NCBI RefSeq assembly: GCF_009914755.1
Contig: NC_060930.1
Direction: 5' to 3' (one strand)
Source: the human T2T-CHM13v2.0 reference genome, Homo sapiens
Length of the DNA stretch: 64,000 nt
Shown here: positions 53,310-64,000 of the stretch, one piece after another
How positions within the stretch are numbered: the first letter of the stretch is position 1
Layout: each line of letters starts with the position of its first letter
Notes under the pieces: model-generated
Seen by the model: only the letters and a program-made list of their open reading frames with translations
Told to the model about the DNA's origin: nothing
Database searches by the model: none
Program-made: the position numbers and the translations under genes

Positions 53310-55544
53310 CATTCCTACAGTTATATATGCTCAAAGTCTTTAAAAATCAGGGATAATGCAACCTCTATAAACTTGGTATAAAGTTGTGTATTTGAAGACA
53401 AAATACTGTAATTTTATGACTAGTAATTCCAATATTCAATCACAGCTCCTAAGTGTTATAACCTAAATAAAGTGAAAAGTCCAATGAGGATTTAGATAAA
53501 GTATTCTCTTAATTCCACCCAGATGCCCAAGTTTCTCTCAATAATCTCTTATTTCAAACATCAGCAATGATTCATGATTCCGCGAGGTAATATTTTTAAA
53601 AATAAAATGATAACTAAAATCTGTATGACCCTGGATGGAGTTCAAAATAAGTCAGGCCTAACATGATACCATTACTTCCATTTGCTCTTATACTAACCCT
53701 AATAACATGCCCCATAGGAAAACATTTTTTATTAAAATTTATAATTGCACAAGCTGATGTAGGAATAGGATTTTTACTATGGAAAGGTGAGGGGAGACAA
53801 GATACTTCTCATCTGTATTAATTAAAAAGTAATATGGTGTTTCCTACACTGTAGTTAATGAGGGAATATTTTGAGACCTTCAAGATAGAATAAAACAAAA
53901 TTTGTGCTTGAATATACCTTTAAATACATGTCTACCTTTGAAGACATGTTTCTCTGCTTTAAATGCTCAAAAAATTCATTAGAAAGTCTTCGTAAGTCAA
54001 TTTAAAAATGGAAAGTCTCAGGTCCTTTAAATATGAAATTAAATGGTTAAAAGAGATTAAGTCGCAAGTATCAAGTTCTTTATTTCTTAGACTAAATCTT
54101 ACAATGGATGGGTCATAGGTGAATGTTACTAAACAGCTTTAAATGCAGAAAATTAGTAGAAACAATAAAAGGAAGAATCTACGTTCTGTATACAAAGGTA
54201 TCATTGTGGGAAGGCTGAGCAAAGGAAACTCATTTAAAGCTGAGCAAAGGAAACTGTGAAAGCAAATATCCATATATGAAGATAAATGGAAAACAAAGAG
54301 ATGCCTAAGCATCCAGAAGTAGAAAATAAATCAGATATAAAAAAGGGAAAGAGCTAATAGAGAAAGGATAATGTCTTTGAAAAATCAAAACATAACAGCA
54401 TTTTAAATAATATTTGCAGTATTAGACTGGAAGAAAACTAAAGTTCCCATTTTTAACTATACCATGTCTTTGTTGTCATTTCTTACTTTAAAATATTTGT
54501 AGTATCCTAGCACACTTTCTTTTTAAAATAAGGATCAGTTGTGCCTTACAAAACACTGATTTGGAGATATATTATTTGAGTAATTATTTTAGGTCAAGCA
54601 TTTTTAAGTAGAGATAATAGCATTAACCCTGGTATTCTAAATCTGTATAATCTCCAAATTAAATCTATGTATCTATCAAATATTAACCCTTATTAATGAA
54701 CTTAATAACACTTCATAATGTGCTTCTTCCTCTCTTGAGCGGGAACATTAATTTTGTTAAAGAATAGCAGTGCTTATGTGTGCACTCGTTAGTTTAATAA
54801 CATTAGTGAACAGGTTAACAAGGTCATGATTAGTTATATTGCCTTTGAAATCAATGGTTATTTATTGTATAAGGCAACGTTTTGTTAAATAAATTACTGA
54901 AGAATGTTATTCCAAGAAATAAACAACCATAAAAAAAAGAAAACTTACGACTGAGGAAGGCATTTGAAATGAGAATTTAAATACATCAGATTATACAGAT
55001 AGGGTGTTTATTATTAAAAATAGGAAATGGAAAGACAAAATTAGGAAGGTAGGAGAAGTAACCATGAATTGAAGGACAAACTACTATGTTCTCCCAATTA
55101 AAGTAAAACAATTTTAAAGCAATTGCTTGCAATGTCTAAACACAAGATAGAGTAGGTGTCAGTACAAATGTCCATTGCACCCCACCTTTTTAGTGATGGG
55201 CTCTGTAAAGTGACACCTGCAGCCAAAGTAAAAAGCCATTGTACTGGTGTGACTTAAATAAACAAAAAGAACTTTAAGACCATCATTTTGAGAGAGAATC
55301 AATAAATTAAATTGTAGTGGGGAAGCATAGTAAATAGAACTTTAGTGGAATGTAAGTGAGGTCACAAAATTAGAGTGCCTTTTAAGAGCAGTGTTAGGAA
55401 TAAAAATGATGGAAAATATATACATTATCCTGACAACTAAGGTCGACTAGAATGTTTCTGCTAACAGTTCTCTTAGATTAGAGCACTGGAAAGAAGAAAA
55501 AGTGTATTTTTCAGGTTTTCTGGAAAAATATTTGCACCAGGAAA

Positions 55545-56006
55545 GGTAACCACTGGACCAGCTCAAACCGGTTCAAGTCTTGTGTAACCCTTGCTGAAGT
55601 TGTTCTGTGGATGTACCTAAGCCAAAATTGCAAGTGATGTAGCCAGGGCATACACATGGAAAAGCTTTGACTTTCAAGAACACCCAGAACCAATGTTTCT
55701 TCCCCACAGAACCAAGATGGCTGGGACATGACCGAAACCTGAGCCCTTTCAGAAGTAAGGAGTCTTTGATGCAGGAAGTTCTGGTGCTGAAATCCACCAT
55801 TTCATGCCTTACCATAAATGGTCAGGTTTAAAGCCTTCCAGTCAAAACCAGCACCACCAGTGCTTACACATACCAGGTTTTCCTCTCTAGCACATAGGAG
55901 TTTGTCCTGACCCCCAGATCAGGAAGACAAATTGCAATAAAGCTCTTTCTTTTCTCAAAAACTGGTATCATAATATTGGCTTCCAGCCAGCACATTTTCA
56001 GTAACA
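55545..56006 (+). mobile_element. ERV1-class solo LTR, family unresolved, 4-bp TSD gaaa
   Basis: (g)gtaac...gtaaca termini, aataaa followed by gctctttcttttctcaaaaactgg; gaaa at 55541-55544 and 56007-56010. Confidence 0.65.
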
Positions 56007-56440
56007 GAAATGTTATGTTTTCTAGGCCCAGCTGCAATTTTTCTGTGTGGCATAAAATGGACCTCATTTGCGATTACTCTTTTGAAAACTCCACATTTAC
56101 ATTAATATAAAAAATACCATTACTGAATTGGATATTTATCTGTTTTGTATTCTAGAATAATTTTAATCTAGTGTCTTAGGTAAAAGAAAATTAATAATTC
56201 TAATATGTAGTGATATTAAATGATAGAAATGTGCAAGCACTCCTTTTGTAACTTTTCTCAAAGTGTATTTCCTTTAAGTGAACCAAAGTATTCATGTAAT
56301 TACCCATTGCCTCATGTTATGATTATATACTGAGTCTCTCCATTGAAATGTATATGAATGAGAGAGTAAATATATAAGTATATGCAGTATGTATGTATAT
56401 GAATGAGAGAGTAAATATGTAGGCATATAGGCCCTCCTTC

Positions 56441-56675
56441 TTGGTGAGGACCCTATTTGTGGTTTATAGATCACAGATTTCTTGTTTAATCATTGCATTT
56501 GAAGAGAAATCTCTCTTGTGTCTCATTTCTCTTAAGGTCACTAATGCCATTCATGAGGGCTCCACGCTTTTGACTAAATTACCTCCCAAAGGCTTCACCT
56601 CCAAATACCACCACAATGAGGATTAGGGCTTCAACATATAAATTTTGAGGGGACACAAACATTTAATCCGTAGTA
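56441..56675 (-). mobile_element. Partial MLT1A LTR
   Basis: cactaatgccattcatgagggctccac...acctcccaaaggc...ttcaacatataaattttgaggggacac. Confidence 0.85.
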
Positions 56676-59600
56676 CAGGGTGCAGAGGAAATAGCAGTGC
56701 TAAAATTACACAGCAGATAAAGTAAAAAATTATCAAGGTAAACAGAATGTTTACAACATTTACCATTTTTGAAAATAGGTCTCAAGGCTGTGTGAGTCTG
56801 TCTGATTTAGAATATGTTGAATATGCATTTTCAATGCAAATAACCATAACCATGCTAAAATTTAATTAATATATGCATATAGTTTTCACTTGTGGTATAG
56901 CACAGATAACATTTCTATCTACTGAGGGGATATAAATCCATAAAACTGAGTCCAAATGTACGTATTAATCTGTGAATTGCACACATTTATATATGCCTTT
57001 AAATTTTATTTAATAGTTCAAAGAGTTGAAATTATTGTAAATGCTATATTTAATGCTTTTATTTTAATTTTATGTTGATGTAAATAAAAATTAACTACTA
57101 TCATAATAGGATAATTGATGTATACTAAGTGCTACATTTTAAAATAGATGTGCAATCCTTGATATTGTGGAATTTCCAACAGATTCTTACTAAACTGTTT
57201 GGCTGAGAAAAAAATTAAAGAAAATTGAGCAAATAAAATTGCAATATACATATGATATGGCAAATCCCTGGTGGCTTGTAGGGGAACTTCACTGTTTTGC
57301 ATTTTTCAGGAAGAAGAAATTAAGAAGCAGTTTAAAATCTTTCAAAAACCTGCCTATTGTCTTAGCATCCTGGGAATTCACTGAAATTACTTTATTGAGC
57401 TGCAGAAACTCTAAAAAGCAATTTAAAAAAGCAGGTCTATTAGTTCATCACAAGGTAGTTAAATACATCCTATTAAAACACACAGCCTATAGAATCAAAT
57501 GTGCTTAGGTAGGCTACTCTGACAAGAGAGCATCTGTAGCTATGTGGACAACTTTAATTTTGAATTTCTTTTTTAACTTTTCATATAAATAATTGATAAA
57601 ATTTATAAATTGACATTTAATATGAATAGACCTATTTATCAATAATAGAATGATTTATCAGGAAATAACATTATGTAAGCAGGTTAAAGTAAATGCTGGT
57701 TATCAGATGATTTCAAATTTATAATACACAGACTTTTTCATTTTAATGCTGGAGAGACCATTAAAAGTGCCCATTTGGGAGGATTAGTGTGAGATGCAAA
57801 AATGGATCAGGAAAACAAAACGTATCGGAAATATATTTTGGAACACACATTAACGTCATGCCTAATTTAATTTAAAACACCTAGTGGGAACTTGTACTCA
57901 TTGGAAAGTAAGTAATTAGTTGCACAAACATGTTAAAGCAAAGGTTTTGTCTATATATATGAGGCGATATATTTTCCAGAAAATATATAAATTGTATCTT
58001 CCATAATAACTTTCACAGCAGCCCTGGCTTGTTTACTTATGTAAACAATGTTTTTTCAAAAGAGTAGAAACTACTTTCCTTTCAAAATGAACAAGAAAGC
58101 AAATTTTGTTTGTAAGTGTGATGAGATTGAGTTCCACTTTAGAAAAAAATGGCTTGCTTGCATTTTTCTTTATAGATACATAATTTCATAAAGCCATTTC
58201 ACCTTTGATTGTAATTTATAACCTGTCTTAACATGCATATCAAATTGCCAAGGGTATTTTGATCACAGCATCATTAAACTATGAAAAATGGGTGTCATAA
58301 TAGAAGAAGTAATCTAATTTTTTATTATAGTTCTGATGGTATAATACTATTATGCTAAGATAAAAAATTTTTAGATCTTAGGCCTTTATGCAAAAGGTTT
58401 AAGAATAAGGTAATGTAATAAAATATAGGCTTTCAGCAGTCCTTTTGCCAGTAAGTTCAAGTCCCAGCTGCTAAAGGCTTTAGAGTTAAGTTCATTATAA
58501 TAAAAACCCACCAGTAAGTAGTATTCTCACACACCTTAGATAAGAATTAACAAAACAAGGAGCTTAACCAGATTTGGAAATCATTCTTTTTGAATCAAAA
58601 TAAATAATATTTTTTGCCTAAACACTTACACATATTTCTAACAAATTTATTTCTCTGTGGATAACATGTATGAAAAAGGCAGGTATTTTTACCTTTAAAA
58701 AAGTTTCAGTGACTGGTTGGACCATGACTTTGAGGACTTTTTATATTTCTAGAGGCCCTTTTGGAATATTTTCTCCTTCTCATGTATTACTATAATTAAT
58801 AATACTTCAAGTCTTTCTACAGTACTTCAGGGGAATTCAAAACATATTAGTATTGTTCATATCTACTTCAAGAAGCAGAAATATTTAATGATTTAAAAAA
58901 TTAATCATATACAACTTATTCTTTATTCAAGGTCACGAAGATGAATCAGTGTTAAAAATCAGGATTATAGCCAACATTTAAGATGAAGTGTCCATTCATA
59001 ATGCACAAAAGGATATCACAACCCACCACCCCCATTAATCCTGTAAAGCAATGTAGAGACAGTCTCTTGGAAATAAGAACCCACGTTATAATTTTGTAAA
59101 CTTGAAGCACTATTTTATCCTGCTGAAAAGTGAAATGGAACTCTTGTCATACAAAATGGAATCAACATAAAATATAAAAAAAATTCAAACCCTAAGCATA
59201 TTTATTGAAAAAAGTTTTAACTCAGTTTGTCTGTATCTATTACCAATGACTCAGAAGGCTTTGAGTTGGAATCAGAGTCCAGCATAAGAGACTTAAGGCA
59301 GATACAAGTCTCTCCATATATTTCCTTTCCTGTTAAATTAGGCAATCCTAGTAACACCAAAGGAGTAAGAATAATCAATGCAATGATAATACATCTTGTT
59401 ACCTTTACTACTGGAAAGAGTAGTGAAGCCAAATTTGTGAGAAGGCAAAGGAAAAGTTGTCTCAATCTTAATCATTCCCAGATAAAAAACAGCTAGAGGC
59501 CAGCCTCTAACCTGTAGGTTGCTAAATCTAGGCTGATAAGCAGGAACAACTGTTTGTGGACCACCAAATGTGATCATCAGCGTAATTCACAAAGAGCATA

Positions 59601-60603
59601 TTCAAATAATTTTATATGTTCTGTCTTCAGCAATTTGTGAATGGTCTCATAAAATTTTTCATTGAAATTTCTCAAAATACAGTATTGAATTATACAAACT
59701 AGATTATTTAAAAAGTTAGATCCCTTCACAGAAGTACAGTAAATTTATTTAATTTGTTAAATATAATTTATTGTAACAGCATCAAAGAATTTAATATGCT
59801 AGAAAAAGAAAGTTAAAATTGTTTTAATTAGCATGGCTTTATATTACCTTACATGGAAACAATATGTAAATAATAAAATTGAAAAACTTAAAGACATACC
59901 GAATCAAAGGAGCTGTTCTGATCACAAGTGTTGGCAAAGGTATAGTTCTGGGAAATAAATTTTATACTTAAAACTCAAGGGTATAATTATATTTTTATGT
60001 TCACACTTATCTGCAGGAGTTTAGACTAATAAGTTTAGTAACAGAACCGTGTGTGAAAAATGAAGTGCAATAGAATAGTAAAATAGATCACCCAAAACAA
60101 TTCAGATAATAAAAGAAAAAAGTAAATTTGAATGCTCCTCTGGTGATCACAAAGTATTCAAAGTTGCATATTTTCAAACTATTTTTGTAGGCTGAATAAT
60201 ATGCTTGCCTTATCATTGTTGAATGAATAATCCATATTCCTCCTTTCTCTTTTAACATTTTTATGTTTTCAGAAATCAGAATCAAGTGGATTTTACATTG
60301 TAATATCAGAATAGAATAGGCTTTTGCCTTTCTGAATTTGCCCTTCTGGAGCTCAAGCATCTGATCACCATTTAAAAAAACATTTATCATTTCTGATTAT
60401 TTCATTAAGAATCTAATTCAAAGCAGAGAGACATAAAAGTTTGTTTTGTCACCTAACCAAACATTTTTTTTTTTTACAGCCAAGATGTAGATGCATTTTT
60501 ATAGCAGATAACCCATGTACACAATTTGGCATATATGAAGTCTTGCCCTAATAGTGGCATTTACAGTCTTTTTTCTATGTACTTAAATCAGCAGAAGAGG
60601 TAA

Positions 60604-60950
60604 TGTCACAGTAGGTAGTCAGACAGCAGCAGGGCAGGAGAGGGCCCCCTTCCCCCACCACCAGGAATGTCAGGCGACCATCAGGTGATGCTCAGGAGGT
60701 TGTTAAACTCTCTCTCTAAATTAATAGTTGGTTGCAGCTGGCACCAGGGAAAGTCAGTCTTCCAATAGATGGGAAAATCCTGAAACTCGTTATCAGTGGC
60801 TTCCCAATAAGATCTCAGGAGTTGAGCACGTGGCCTCAAGCATACGCACTAAGAAGCAAAATGGTGGTGTTTAACTGGTATATGACCTTCCTCTAGGAAC
60901 TCTCAAATGGTAGGGGGGAAAACAGCTCAAGTGAGTACGTGCACACAATT
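60604..60950 (+). mobile_element. MER50 LTR, 5' half only
   Basis: gcagggcaggagagggcccc, caccaggaatgtcaggcgaccatcaggtgatg, aataagatctcaggagttg, ttaactggtatatgaccttcctctagg. Confidence 0.82.
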
Positions 60951-62975
60951 TGACTTTATAAAATTTAGATGCCTAAAAAAGTCATTATATTTTCGAGACT
61001 CAATTTACTATTTTATCAATTTTACTGAATTTATTTTATCGATTTATGTAATATTTTTAAATATTACCAAATATTTTGACCAATAACCATAAATATGTAG
61101 TATGTGAAACTTTCTTTCTATAGATCTAAAAATAATTGTCTGAGTCTTGGTCATTAATAAAAGCAAAAGCTTTACTTAAACTCTTATGGTACTTCAGAGC
61201 TTTTTACAAATAATCCCACTTGTGAACATTACTTTCAGTAGAGTTGTAAAAGGAAGATACATATACTGACTTCATCATTTATACAGAAAATGACAAGATT
61301 ATATTTATTTTTAACTCTTGAGTTTTTCTATTTTCTACTTCTACCTCTAGTTTTCAGTAAAACACCTTATATTGGTCAATCATTTATTTTAAATGTAAGT
61401 AGTTAACATTTACAAATTAAAACATACACATACCTTCAGCATAGACCAAGTACATGGTTAAAAGGAAGAAGAACATGTACACATTTTTATATTAAAAATT
61501 ACCAGGTTATTTTTCTATGTAAATAATATATACTGAGATATTAAATATCTATATTTCAGAAGATTAAAGGCAATTATATTGTGTTATGGTACATGATGTC
61601 ATAGAAAATTTAGATAGCCTTGTCACTGAAATGAAGTTAGACACAAATTACACTTAGTTTTTGTAGACCCCTAATGAAATTTAAAATAATTATTTCTAAA
61701 GCATTACTTCAACTGTTTGATTAGAATATTTAAATGATATAAAGACCTAAGTATAATGCATACTTTATAATTTAACTCTAATAGCATAAATGGCAATAAA
61801 CCAAACAGATTAATGAGTTTATAGCAACGCAATTGGCACATGAAACAAATAACCCCAGAATAAATCCTTCTTATCATGTTATGCTATGTGAAACACTGGC
61901 TGATACAAAAGTAATTTGTATTTCTATTGTATGATATACCTTATATATACATACATCATAAAATTATATAAAATTAAATACATACTTCTCATAATTCTAA
62001 GAAACTTGAAGAATTCCATATTATTTGCTGATTGTTACCTTTAGTATTTCTGACAAGAGCTTTGTTCACATAGGTCTCTTCTGCATATCAGTAATAAATT
62101 TGGGTAGCGTTGACTTTCAAGCTTCTTCTATAACAAGCTTCTTCAATAACTATAATAAGTGGAGAGTCATAAAGACTCCATGAAAATAGTTCTGTACAAC
62201 ATGTTTTTGAGGTTTCACATGAGAAATAATTCTGCATTCTATGCCCATCAAGAAATTCAACATTAATTAGTTAGGATTTTCTATTGTATAGGTTGATTAT
62301 TTATATCCCTCACATTTTTTAATATGTTTTAATTTAGACATTCAGCTTTGCTTGGCACTTTATAAATTATTTATTCTTGCATCTTCTACTTTTTTTTACG
62401 TTTATTTTATTGCATTTCTTTTCTATTTGTCTTTTTTGCTTGGTTTAGGTTATTTTTAATTAACTTCAGGCAGAAATGGAGGAAAACCAGAATGTGCTCA
62501 CATTCATAATGCATGTAAGGCAGTCCCCGCATCCCCCGTCCTCCCCCATTTAACTCTTCAAAGCCCTTCAAAGAAGACTGAAAGCCCTACAACAAAACAC
62601 AAAGCTCTTGGTTTTCTGCTGAAATTTGGTTTAAAATTATTTCCTGTAAATAAAATATCCCCACTTCTAAAGAAACTCAAGAGTGCAAAAGGAAATAAAA
62701 AGAGTGCAAAAGGAAAATAATTACCTTTTTATATTCAGAACTATCATTTTACTCTTCAAATAATTGTTTCATATTTAAGGAAAATTTACACAGTATTTTA
62801 AAACCACTCAATCAATCCACCATGTCTCAACCCCTAGGACTTGAGTGAGTAACCACATCTAGAAAAATCTGCTTTAATGTTTGTATTCTCTGTGACTTAA
62901 AAGTGTTCTTATACCAGTTTTCCAAAGACTATACAGCTTAATTGAGATGTGGGAGAATGCAAAAGCAAACTTAAA

Positions 62976-63275
<300 letters not shown>

Positions 63276-63348
63276 TTATATGGAATATTTGCTATAGACA
63301 AGAGATCTGACTTGTTATCTTGATGTTTGTAAAACTAAATTTTTAATC

Positions 63349-64000
<652 letters not shown>

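Noticed and set aside
56348-56418. 26-bp direct repeat atgtatatgaatgagagagtaaatat
   Set aside because: Embedded in TA-rich low-complexity sequence; ordinary duplication
59217-60390. 80-100-aa ORFs in unique sequence
   Set aside because: Overlap on opposite strands, no recognisable homology, consistent with chance
62118-62149. 16-bp tandem duplication caagcttcttc.ataa
   Set aside because: Common two-copy micro-duplication

Overview
Human genomic DNA (an L1HS-type element is present). It is AT-rich and CpG-depleted, with no CpG island, and looks like an intergenic or deep-intronic interval. I recognise no protein-coding gene, RNA gene or CRISPR array; the ORF track reflects repeat-derived or chance ORFs, apart from the C-terminal 200 aa of LINE-1 ORF2p (45729-46331). 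The window is a layered record of transposable elements: ancient L2/MIR/MER5/L1M, MaLR LTRs (MLT1, MST, THE1), ERVL (gag remnant, MLT2A), ERV1 LTRs (MER50 and one other), Alus of J/S/Y age, a rearranged L1PA16-like element and a young L1HS. I cannot support a new biological system here. The most unusual structures are: (1) a 1.3-kb old L1MB fragment bracketed by a perfect 63-bp direct repeat, implying a recent templated insertion rather than retrotransposition; (2) a complex inversion/deletion/duplication at 15.7-16.4 kb; (3) a pre-Ta-type L1HS with a poly(T) tract at its 5' junction; (4) a perfect 17-bp-stem inverted repeat at 53265-53309. Subfamily names come from recalled consensus motifs, not a search. 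Boundaries of old repeats are approximate.
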